64,000 nt of DNA from contig CAYVLA010000001.1 of the NCBI GenBank assembly GCA_964452145.1, forward strand, positions 63,690 to 127,689, in the 5' to 3' direction. This stretch comes from Candidatus Hadarchaeota archaeon. GTDB taxonomy: Archaea; CAYQAE01; CAYVLA01. Within the stretch, counting starts at the first letter, position 1. Each line of letters begins with the position of its first letter. Made by a program: the position numbers and the translations under genes. Of this stretch, positions 28,074 through 36,359 are shown in pieces. A model generated the notes under the pieces. It worked only from the letters and a program-made list of their open reading frames with translations, was not told where the DNA came from and searched no databases.

Positions 28074-28411
28074 TGCTCCTTCCTTTGACCCTGGCTTATT
28101 AAGGAGACCAAGGCACGGCATCGAAATCACAGAAGGCGCGTTCAGGACCCCGGAGGTTGGGCGTCAGACTTTGTGGTTGACGCACGATCTGAGTCGACGG
28201 TGTTCGGCCCTGAGGCCGCATTGCCCAATCCTCCACGGCAGGAACCTTCCGATCGTAGGGAAATGGAGCGATCAGTCACCTAAGATTTTTCAGCGAGCCC
28301 GCGTTGTGCCAACTAGGTCAACACACGGCTATGCTCTCATGATCCGCAATCACGAGTGTCCGGTTGTGATGGGTTCACAGTTTGGCGGAGCTGGGGCTGT
28401 AGCTCACAGGA

Positions 28412-28858
28412 ATGTGGTTGCCATTGTCTACCAGGACCATTGTCTCTGCCGGCGGGATAGTCTACCGTAGGAGCGAGGGGAACTTCTTCTTCGTCTTGGT
28501 CGGCAGGCGCCGAGGTAACTACTGGTGTCTGCCGAAGGGGAGGGTGGAGGAGAACGAGACCGAAATAGACGCCGCGAAGCGGGAGGTCTTTGAGGAGACG
28601 GGACTTGCAGATGTGCAGGTCGGCGAGAAGATCGGAACCATCTGCTATGAGTTCTACCGCCGGTCCGCGGATACTCATTACCAGAAGTTCGTACACTTCT
28701 ACCTCATGGCGGCCGGATCCATCAACCTGAACGTCGGCTCGGAGTTCGATCGAGCGATGTGGTTCACGCCCCGCGATGCTCTAAACATGGTCAGCCACAC
28801 TAAGGAGAAGGAGATAGTCCTTAAGGCGATCCAGATGCTCGGCCTTTCGAAGATGTGA
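28412..28858 (+). CDS. NUDIX hydrolase (Ap4A hydrolase-like)
   Basis: SAGGIVYR and the Nudix box PKGRVEENETEIDAAKREVFEETGL. Confidence 0.9.
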   Translation: MWLPLSTRTIVSAGGIVYRRSEGNFFFVLVGRRRGNYWCLPKGRVEENETEIDAAKREVFEETGLADVQVGEKIGTICYEFYRRSADTHYQKFVHFYLMAAGSINLNVGSEFDRAMWFTPRDALNMVSHTKEKEIVLKAIQMLGLSKM

Positions 28859-28859
28859 G

Positions 28860-29264
28860 ATGATGGCGGCCCCGGGAATCCTCGGAATTGGAGTTGATCT
28901 GGTGCATGTCGAGAGAATCCGCCGGGCCATGGAGAGGACAGGCGATCATTTCCTGAGCTCGGTGTTCACCGAGGCTGAGAGGTCCTACTGCAAGAGATTC
29001 TCCGACCCCTGCCCTCATCTTGCCGCCCGGTTCGCAGCAAAGGAGAGCGTCATGAAGTGCATGGGTTCCTTCATTCGGCCCTTAGAGATAGAGATCACCA
29101 ACGAGGCTTGTGGCAGACCCGCTGTTCTCCTTCACGGATCGGCCGGGCAGATCGCCCGCAGCAAGGGAATCCAACGAATCATGATCAGCCTCAGCCACAG
29201 CGGCGGGCTTGCCATCGCGCAGGCCGTGGCCCTGTCCGACGCGACTAGGTCGCCTTCTCCTTGA
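28860..29264 (+). CDS. acpS: Holo-[acyl-carrier-protein] synthase (4'-phosphopantetheinyl transferase)
   Basis: GIGVDLV, VFTEAE, LAARFAAKES, GRP and ISLSHS motifs; ~134 aa. Confidence 0.93.
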   Translation: MMAAPGILGIGVDLVHVERIRRAMERTGDHFLSSVFTEAERSYCKRFSDPCPHLAARFAAKESVMKCMGSFIRPLEIEITNEACGRPAVLLHGSAGQIARSKGIQRIMISLSHSGGLAIAQAVALSDATRSPSP

Positions 29265-29490
29265 GCCTTCTCTTGACGTAGTCGATGGTCTTGCCGACCG
29301 TTGTGTTCTTCTCAGCATCCTCCAGGGGCACGTCGATGTCGAACTCCTCTTCTGCCGCGGCGACCAACTCTATGGTGTCTATGCTCTCGACTCCAAAGTC
29401 CTCGACGAATCGGGATTCCGGTGTGATCCGGTCCTCCTCGATGCCAAGGATGTCCACTATGATCTTGATCATCCTCTCCTCGACGGACAT
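29245..29490 (-). CDS. acpP: Acyl carrier protein
   Basis: 81 aa, very acidic; F.EDFG.ESIDTIEL..A.EEEFDI..P..DAE...TV with the attachment Ser at position 36. Confidence 0.9.
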   Translation of the reverse strand: MSVEERMIKIIVDILGIEEDRITPESRFVEDFGVESIDTIELVAAAEEEFDIDVPLEDAEKNTTVGKTIDYVKRRLKEKAT

Positions 29491-29494
29491 ACTG

Positions 29495-30775
29495 CTACGA
29501 CCTCGCACGCTTCCTCCGGTCCCGCCTTATCAACGTTTCCCTCTCATCCGAGGTCATCTCGAACACCCGCCTAAGCATGTCCACTTCCTCATCCAGAAGC
29601 TGGACACCCCTCCTAGACATCGTCTTCCTGGCCGTTTCGATCAGGCTTTCGAACCCAAGGCCACCTCGGATCCGATTCCTGTGGAGAAGGCAGAAGGAGG
29701 GAATGTTCTTCGGGGAGACATCGCCGCTCGGCATGAGGATGCTCATGACGCCGACCACCGTGCCCGTGTTGAGCAGCGTCCCGATCCCTGTCTTGACGTG
29801 GTCGGCTATGGCGGAACCGATCTTGGTCTTGGACGTATCCACCAATCGTCCCCGCAGAAAGACCTGAACCTCTGAGTAGTCGTTCTTGAGATCGCTATTG
29901 GTAGTCAGCGCGCCCAGGTTGACCCACTCGCCGATGTAGCTGTGCCCGATGAAGCCTGAGTGATACTTGTTGGAGAAGCCATGGAAGATGCTCTCCTCCA
30001 CCTCCCCTCCGATCCTGCAGGCGGGACCGATCGAGCACCCCTCTCTTACCTTGCCTCCGACTATATGGGAGTTCTTCCCTATGAAGGCCGGTCCCTCGAT
30101 GCGCGTGTTCGGGAACACCCTGACGCCCTCGTCCACGTATATCGGGCCGCCAGTTGTGTCGAGGACCACGAGCGGGTCGATCCTGGCCGAGGGAGCCACG
30201 TATACCAACGCCTCATCTCCGACGATGAATGATCCCTTTTCCATACGCCCCACAATCCCCGATCTCCCCAGTCGCCGGAAGTCGTCTGCGAGGGCTCTTC
30301 CGTTGCCCAGAACTAGATCCCAGATATGGTTGGCCATCGTCGCCTTGGCTTCCACCTGGTCGCATTCGCCCACAAGGTGTCTGAGGAATTCGTTGAAATC
30401 GGGATCGAGGCTCCTCTTCACCGTCTGTCTGCCCGCCCGGACGTAGACGATTTCCGTCCCTCTCATGCCGACCTCATCGTTGTTCCCATCGACCTGTATC
30501 TTCTCGGGATCGAGGACTCTTCCATTGAGAAGTAACAGGTCATCCCTTCCTAGGGCCTTTGTGGAGTCCACTTGAACCTGCATGGCCCGCCTTGTCGTCG
30601 CAGCAAGATGGGGTCTGGTGAAGACGCCGCCGAGGGGCACACCTGTGATGCGGGCATCCCTTCTGTACAGCTCCTCCATGCCCATTCTCAGGCAGAAGAC
30701 CGGCCTCGTCAGGGACAAGGGATGGAAGTCCTCAGACTTGGCATCCTCAAACAGACACAGCCTCATTTCATTCAC
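29495..30775 (-). CDS. GlmU-like protein: degenerate nucleotidyltransferase domain plus hexapeptide left-handed beta-helix
   Basis: FED...PLSLTRPVF.LRMG N-terminus, GPIY, GGEVEES, NKYHSGFIGHSYIGEWVNLGA.T.NSDLKNDY and DHVKTGIGTLLNTG. Confidence 0.85.
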   Translation of the reverse strand: MNEMRLCLFEDAKSEDFHPLSLTRPVFCLRMGMEELYRRDARITGVPLGGVFTRPHLAATTRRAMQVQVDSTKALGRDDLLLLNGRVLDPEKIQVDGNNDEVGMRGTEIVYVRAGRQTVKRSLDPDFNEFLRHLVGECDQVEAKATMANHIWDLVLGNGRALADDFRRLGRSGIVGRMEKGSFIVGDEALVYVAPSARIDPLVVLDTTGGPIYVDEGVRVFPNTRIEGPAFIGKNSHIVGGKVREGCSIGPACRIGGEVEESIFHGFSNKYHSGFIGHSYIGEWVNLGALTTNSDLKNDYSEVQVFLRGRLVDTSKTKIGSAIADHVKTGIGTLLNTGTVVGVMSILMPSGDVSPKNIPSFCLLHRNRIRGGLGFESLIETARKTMSRRGVQLLDEEVDMLRRVFEMTSDERETLIRRDRRKRARS

Positions 30776-31970
30776 CCTTCTTGACTATCCGGTGAGTTTC
30801 GGTTGCTATTACCTGCTCCTCATCCGTCGGGATGACCAATACGGTGACAGGAGAGTCGTCCCGGCTGATCTTCATCTCGGTTGCCACGCATTTCCCGTTG
30901 CGATCGGGGTCGATCTGAATGCCCAGACCCTCCAGACCTTCGCAGATAAGGGCCCTCATCTCGGCTGACCTCTCGCCGATTCCGGCTGTGAAGATGAGAC
31001 AATCCAAGCCGCCAATGGCTGCCATGTAGGCACCGATGTACTTCCTTGCCCTGTAGGCGAAAACCTCGAGTGCCAGCCTCGCCCTGTCATTCCCTTGGTG
31101 GCTTGCCTCAAGCAGCGTCTTGACGTCGTTGGATATTCCGGAGATTCCAAACAGCCCGCTGCTCTTGTTGAGCATCTCCTCTACATCCTCCAAGTCGTAA
31201 CCCCTCTTGGCTACGAGGAAGAAGATCACCGAAGGGTCCAGGTCCCCGCTTCTTGTGCCCATCACAAGTCCTTCCAATGGAGTGAAACCCATGCTGGTGT
31301 CGACAACTTCCCCATCCCTTATCGCCGCCATGCTGCATCCGTTTCCCAGATGGCATGTGATCATCCTGTAGCCCCGCGGGGATTTCCCCAGGATCTCTAG
31401 GGCGCGGTTTGATACGTACCGGTGGGAGGTTCCGTGGAACCCATATCTGCGGATTCGATGCGTCTCATATAGCTTCAGCGGAATTGCATACAGATACGAG
31501 GTCCTCGGCATCGTCTGGTGGAAGGCAGTGTCGAAGACGGCCACATGGGGAACTCCCGGGAAGAACTCCATAGCTATCCTCATTCCCAGAAGATTGACCG
31601 GGTTGTGCAGGGGAGCCAGGTCTTCGAATTCCTGTATGACACGAAGCACCTCATCGGTGACCTCGACCGATTCGTAGAATCTGTCGCCTCCGTGGACAAC
31701 CCTGTGTCCGACGGCCTCGATTTCCGACAGCCGCTGGATGACACCGGTCTCCGGATTCAGGAGATGATCGAGCATCATCCTGAACGCGTCGTTGTGAGTG
31801 GCTATCTGCGTCTCTTTGGCAAGCGTGCCGCGATAAGTCCTCTGGCTGAAGCTCGAATTAGGGGCTCCGATTCTCTCGATCAGCCCATCCGCCAATACCT
31901 TTCCCCGATCGGGATCCGATAATCGGTACTTCAGCGATGAGCTCCCAGTGTTCAGGGTCAGGATCTTCAT
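30768..31970 (-). CDS. ackA: Acetate kinase
   Basis: LNTGSSSLKY, GHRVVHGG, APLHNP, FDTAFH, YGFHGTSH, HLGNG, TSMGFTPLEGLVMGTRSGD, FTAGIGE and PTDEE motifs. Confidence 0.96.
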   Translation of the reverse strand: MKILTLNTGSSSLKYRLSDPDRGKVLADGLIERIGAPNSSFSQRTYRGTLAKETQIATHNDAFRMMLDHLLNPETGVIQRLSEIEAVGHRVVHGGDRFYESVEVTDEVLRVIQEFEDLAPLHNPVNLLGMRIAMEFFPGVPHVAVFDTAFHQTMPRTSYLYAIPLKLYETHRIRRYGFHGTSHRYVSNRALEILGKSPRGYRMITCHLGNGCSMAAIRDGEVVDTSMGFTPLEGLVMGTRSGDLDPSVIFFLVAKRGYDLEDVEEMLNKSSGLFGISGISNDVKTLLEASHQGNDRARLALEVFAYRARKYIGAYMAAIGGLDCLIFTAGIGERSAEMRALICEGLEGLGIQIDPDRNGKCVATEMKISRDDSPVTVLVIPTDEEQVIATETHRIVKKGE

Positions 31971-32953
31971 CCACACACCCTGGCCTGGAGGGAGGTGACC
32001 AGTATCGTGCCGATGATCTCCTCCACCGACGCGCCCCTCGACAGGTCGTTGATGGGCCGTCGGAATCCCTGCATGAACGGCCCATACGCATTCGCATGGG
32101 CCAAGTGCTGCACGAGCTTGTATGCTATGTTGCCCGCATCGAGATCCGGGAAGATAAGCACGTTGGCCCTGCCTCCCAGTATGCCTTCCGCCCTCTTCCT
32201 GACCGCGATCTCAGGGACGATTGCAGCATCTGCCTGCAACTCGCCATCCAGTCGGAGATCCGGAGCAAGAGACCTAGCAATTCCCGTGGCCTTGGCCACC
32301 TTGCTGACATCCGGGTGGCTTGCGGATCCCTTCGTCGAAAACGATAGCATCGCAACACGCGGCTCTACGTCCAGAAGATCCCTCGCGCTGCAGGCAGAGG
32401 AAATGGCTATCTGAGCAAGAAGCTCGGCATCTGGGTCCGGGTTCACGGCGCAGTCGGCGAAGACGAGGGGGGGCAACCCGGGGACAACCATTATGAAGAA
32501 GCTTGAAGGCTCGCCAACCCGGTCCTTGAGACCGATGAGGAGCTTGCCAGCCTTGATGACGGTTGCCGTAAGGTTTGTAGCACCAGCGACTAACCCGTCT
32601 GCATCCCCCATTCTGACCATCATGGCCCCAAGCATCAGACTTTTGGACAGCACCCGGGCGGCTATCTGCCTTGTAACCCTGCGAGTTGCACGCATGGAGA
32701 CATACTCATCGATGTAATCGTCCATCATTTCCCATGTGTCAGGGTCGACGACGGAGACCCCGGCAAGATCGATACCCTTGTTCCCGGCAATCTCCCGGAT
32801 TTCATCGGGCGGTCCCATCACGGTGGGCTCGGCAAGAGACCTCCCTGCCACGAGGGACGCAGCTTGCAGTATTCGGACATCGCTCCCCTCCGGAAGCACG
32901 ATTCTACGGGGACTCTCCTGGCAGAGAGTCTCGAATCTGGAGATGATATCCAT
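31967..32953 (-). CDS. pta: Phosphate acetyltransferase
   Basis: IVLPEG.D.RIL, FADCAV, SFSTKGS, DGELQADAA, FPDLDAGNIAYK and NDLSRG motifs. GAGGTGG RBS. Confidence 0.95.
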   Translation of the reverse strand: MDIISRFETLCQESPRRIVLPEGSDVRILQAASLVAGRSLAEPTVMGPPDEIREIAGNKGIDLAGVSVVDPDTWEMMDDYIDEYVSMRATRRVTRQIAARVLSKSLMLGAMMVRMGDADGLVAGATNLTATVIKAGKLLIGLKDRVGEPSSFFIMVVPGLPPLVFADCAVNPDPDAELLAQIAISSACSARDLLDVEPRVAMLSFSTKGSASHPDVSKVAKATGIARSLAPDLRLDGELQADAAIVPEIAVRKRAEGILGGRANVLIFPDLDAGNIAYKLVQHLAHANAYGPFMQGFRRPINDLSRGASVEEIIGTILVTSLQARVCG

Positions 32954-33047
32954 GATGTACCCCACCTCACGGGGATGGGCATGGTTGAGCCCTGGCAGCA
33001 GCAAAAAAATTTATCCTAGCCGGCGGTGTCCAGTGCAAGAGGTGGCC

Positions 33048-33839
33048 TTGTTGAGAGTGGTCGTATGTTCCGATTACGATGAGATGAGCCTGAAGGGTGC
33101 TGAGATCATCGCGAGCCTGATACGCAGGAATCCCCGCTGCGTCTTGGGCCTTGCGACGGGGAGCACCCCGATTGGCACCTACAATGAGCTCATACGGATG
33201 CACAGGCAGGGAGACCTGGATTTCTCCCACGTCACAACCTTCAATCTCGATGAGTATCTTCGCCTGCAGCCCAACCATCCGCAAAGCTATCACAGGTTCA
33301 TGTTTGAGAAGCTGTTCAGCCAGATCAACATCGACCCATCTAGGGTGCATATTCCGAACGGACTGGCCCGGGATCTGCAGGCTGAGTGTGAGGGATACGA
33401 TGCGGCCATCAAGGAGGCAGGAGGGATCGATCTTCAGCTGCTTGGGTTGGGCAGGGATGGCCACATAGGTTTCAATGAGCCCAGTTCCTCCCTTGGTTCT
33501 AGGACGAGGGTTAAGACCCTCACCCCTGAGACGGTCAAGGACAACGCTCGTTTCTTCGAGAACGAAGGGGATGTGCCGAGGTTTGCCATCACCATGGGGG
33601 TCGGTACGATAATGGATGCTCGCCACATCCTGCTCCTTGCCTCCGGCGAAGGCAAGGCAGAGGCTCTGCGTGCAACGGTCGAGGGGCCCATATCGGCCGA
33701 GTTCACGGCATCGGTGCTTCAGCTTCACCCAAGGGTCACGATCGTTGTGGACGAGCAAGCTGCCGCCCTGCTCAAGAGGAAGCGGTACTATCTCTACGTG
33801 GAGTCCAAGGCGCAGGAACTGGGTCAGCCATGGTGCTGA
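33048..33839 (+). CDS. nagB: Glucosamine-6-phosphate deaminase
   Basis: GLATGSTP, TFNLDEY, GHIGFNEP and AITMG motifs. TTG start after GAGGTGG; the ORF-track N-terminal extension is spurious. Confidence 0.95.
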   Translation: MLRVVVCSDYDEMSLKGAEIIASLIRRNPRCVLGLATGSTPIGTYNELIRMHRQGDLDFSHVTTFNLDEYLRLQPNHPQSYHRFMFEKLFSQINIDPSRVHIPNGLARDLQAECEGYDAAIKEAGGIDLQLLGLGRDGHIGFNEPSSSLGSRTRVKTLTPETVKDNARFFENEGDVPRFAITMGVGTIMDARHILLLASGEGKAEALRATVEGPISAEFTASVLQLHPRVTIVVDEQAAALLKRKRYYLYVESKAQELGQPWC

Positions 33840-33856
33840 GCCCTACCTGTAGGGCT
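33839..33856. terminator. Hairpin between convergent nagB and PAC2-family genes
   Basis: Perfect inverted repeat AGCCCTAC-CT-GTAGGGCT. Confidence 0.4.
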
Positions 33857-33866
33857 GCATGTCGGG

Positions 33867-34574
33867 CTACATGTAGTGATGGCTCTCCTGATCGTCGTTC
33901 TTCATCTGGGCGGTGAGCATCTGATGGATTTGCTGTTCCACTTCCTCTGCTTGGATCAGATCTCGCGTGTCGACCCTTATGGATAGTATCTCGGAGAGCT
34001 TGTCTATCGCTGCAGCCGCCGCTTTCCTATCCGGACGAGCCTCCGCAAAGGGCAGGAGAGCCAGAAGAGGTAGACCGAGCCTTTCCGCATGGAATAGAAG
34101 CCCGGCCAAGGGTCCAACGATATTGAGATCATCCGGCATCCATGGTATTTTGTGCTGCTCCATCAGAGGTACGGCCTTGGATGTGGCCACTCCCATCACA
34201 GCCGGATCTCCTTCTCTCCTCACGGCATTGGTAAGGCCACCGATGACGATGCCCACTTTGAATCCAGAGCCTTGGACCCAGGCTGCAATATCTCGGGTGA
34301 TCGCCATTGTGAGTTCGTCGGGAAAGGGTGCCTCCGATGCGAGGAACACGTTGCCGCCGACCGAGAACAAATCATGGGGGTAGCTTATCGCCCGCTGCCA
34401 GAGCCTGATGACCGGGCGCATTCCCTCAAACACCAGATATCCCACCCTCTCGCCTCCTAGCCTGCCGATGAGGAATCTGCTGGCTATGTAACCCGTCCAT
34501 CCAATGCCATGAAAACCGGTGACAAAGTACCTTCCCTGCGTCTCGATCTTCCTCGTCAGAACTAGTTCGGCCAT
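33867..34574 (-). CDS. PAC2 family proteasome assembly chaperone-like protein (PbaA/PbaB-like)
   Basis: TGFHGIGWTGYIA, IGGL, IVGPLAGLL, PD..AAA and C-terminal -HYM. Confidence 0.85.
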   Translation of the reverse strand: MAELVLTRKIETQGRYFVTGFHGIGWTGYIASRFLIGRLGGERVGYLVFEGMRPVIRLWQRAISYPHDLFSVGGNVFLASEAPFPDELTMAITRDIAAWVQGSGFKVGIVIGGLTNAVRREGDPAVMGVATSKAVPLMEQHKIPWMPDDLNIVGPLAGLLFHAERLGLPLLALLPFAEARPDRKAAAAAIDKLSEILSIRVDTRDLIQAEEVEQQIHQMLTAQMKNDDQESHHYM

Positions 34575-34654
34575 CGATAGCCCCTGTGGGGCCTTCGAGT
34601 AGTTCGTTAAAAATGTTCCAACAGGGCATCCGTGATCCAGAAGACAGTTGCGGG

Positions 34655-35857
34655 CTACGTGCCTTGGTGACTCGAAAGGAAATCTCTGATCTCGTCCATG
34701 TCCCAATCGACCACATAGGACATATTCTGCCTCTCTCCCTCTCTCCGAACGAGTCCCTTCTGGACCAGGTTACCCATGTGAAGAGAAATGGTCCCCTTGG
34801 TCCTGTCGAGTTCCGAAACCAGTTCACCTAGGGATGCCCTTCCTTGGTGATGACGGACAAGGGCTCCTAGGACCTCCATTTGTTTGGGCGTCAGGTGCCT
34901 GAGGATTCTCCAAGTGAATGAGAACCTGGTTTCCTTTATGACCTGTTCCACGATCCCCGTGCCGATTGTTCGGCTGCCCATGTTCCTCGCCATATCGACG
35001 GCCTTCTCACAGATCTCCATCAGTCTCCTGGGGTTTCCATCGGTGTACTCTATCGTCACCTCGATGGCCTCCTCGGTAAAGGGATACAACGCATTCGGCG
35101 GATCCTGGTTGGGCAATCTCACCGCTTCCAGCCTCGATTTCACTATCTGAACCTGGTCGAGACGACTGAACGGGTCGAGATTTATCTCGTTTCCGATCCT
35201 CGCATACGTCGATGGAGATAGCCTCTGTATCAAGTTCGGGGTTTCGGGATAGACTGCGAGAACCCAGGTCATCTCGGGTTCAAAGAGGAGGTTATCCATG
35301 AACGGGAGATTGCCTTGGCAGTCGTACTTGGGCATCGTATGGGCATTGTCTATGAAGAAGACGAACTGCTGATCCAGCATCTCCCGAAGCAATACGAGGT
35401 CCTCCTCCACGGATAGCAGGTCGTAGTGAACGGGCGACTTCGAGTACTTCGTCATTCTCACTATGATCTTTCTCAGCTCGCTCAGCTTCGAACGATCTAT
35501 GGAGTCCACGAGGTGGTTTCTTCTGATGAGATCGAGGGCCAGGGAGATGATCATCTTGCGGATCGAAGGGTAGTACGAGCATGAGGCGACCAGGTAGCTC
35601 TCCTTCCACTTGCTCCTGAGGCCCAACGCCCCCACGTTGAGCAGACTGGTCTTTCCCATGCCGCTCTCTCCTATGAGGAAGCTGTTCTTGTTCTGGGTTA
35701 CGTTGCCCAGCAGAGTCTGAAGCTCCCTCTCCCTCCCCACGAAGTAGTGCAACTCACCCGAGATGGGGCTGATCCTGAAGGGCTGTCGAGAGAGCCCGAG
35801 GAGGGAGTAGTCCTCCGCCATCTGGACCCTGTTCAGTATCTCTTCTAGGCCTTTCAT
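34655..35857 (-). CDS. AAA+ ATPase (ExeA/AAA_22-like) with C-terminal winged helix-turn-helix
   Basis: LGLSRQPF..SP, FVGRERE, Walker A GESGMGKT, Walker B FFIDNAH, GNPRRL and an ArsR/MarR-like wHTH. Confidence 0.8.
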   Translation of the reverse strand: MKGLEEILNRVQMAEDYSLLGLSRQPFRISPISGELHYFVGRERELQTLLGNVTQNKNSFLIGESGMGKTSLLNVGALGLRSKWKESYLVASCSYYPSIRKMIISLALDLIRRNHLVDSIDRSKLSELRKIIVRMTKYSKSPVHYDLLSVEEDLVLLREMLDQQFVFFIDNAHTMPKYDCQGNLPFMDNLLFEPEMTWVLAVYPETPNLIQRLSPSTYARIGNEINLDPFSRLDQVQIVKSRLEAVRLPNQDPPNALYPFTEEAIEVTIEYTDGNPRRLMEICEKAVDMARNMGSRTIGTGIVEQVIKETRFSFTWRILRHLTPKQMEVLGALVRHHQGRASLGELVSELDRTKGTISLHMGNLVQKGLVRREGERQNMSYVVDWDMDEIRDFLSSHQGT

Positions 35858-35924
35858 TTACACACCGAGAGGGGCAAAGGTGCGGGGTAGGGATTCCACG
35901 AGGTCTATTAAAGCAGTTACTGGG

Positions 35925-35940
35925 CGTGTTGTACAACGCG
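35925..35940. promoter_or_regulatory. Near-perfect 16-bp palindrome (operator candidate) upstream of the ATPase TATA box
   Basis: CGTGTTGTACAACGCG, about 12 bp from a minus-strand TTTAATA at ~35906-35912. Confidence 0.4.
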
Positions 35941-36359
35941 GTGAACGGCGGGAAACCTTGGCGCGACGTGATCAGCCCTGTTCATAGCCAGACGAACCTG
36001 CCTATGCAGCTGCGGATTGTGAGGGAGCCTTTTCGTAACTGGCGCATTGAACAGGATTAGGGAATCTACCATCCTAGTTCAACTACCAGCTCGAATCGAA
36101 AAATCCCCGCGGAAGAAGCGTCTCAGTCTCTTTCTGGAGAAGGCTAATATTGTTTGCAAGGAAGTGAAAACATAGGACAATTCGTTTCACATCTCCGTGA
36201 TGAAGTTGCTTCGCAAGGCCGCACATGTTTATCACGATGATTCCCTAGAACCAGCGACCTCGATGAACTTCTTGGGATTCTCAGCCCCGGTTTAGCTCGA
36301 AGAGGACATCCGCGGCCTTCTCTGTGATCTGTGTAACGAGCAGACAGATTCTGTTGAAA

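Noticed and set aside
28152..28234. tRNA-Sec or tRNA-Leu on the minus strand (CTCAGA loop)
   Set aside because: No TTCRA T-loop, and the anticodon loop and arm geometry are wrong. Kept only as a generic structured element.
36197..36270. C/D box sRNA starting at GTGATGA
   Set aside because: No CTGA D or D' boxes at appropriate distances.
34655..36359. Canonical orc1/cdc6 plus oriC
   Set aside because: The protein lacks typical Cdc6 motifs (e.g. LDEID) and no repeated ORB boxes with G-strings were seen.
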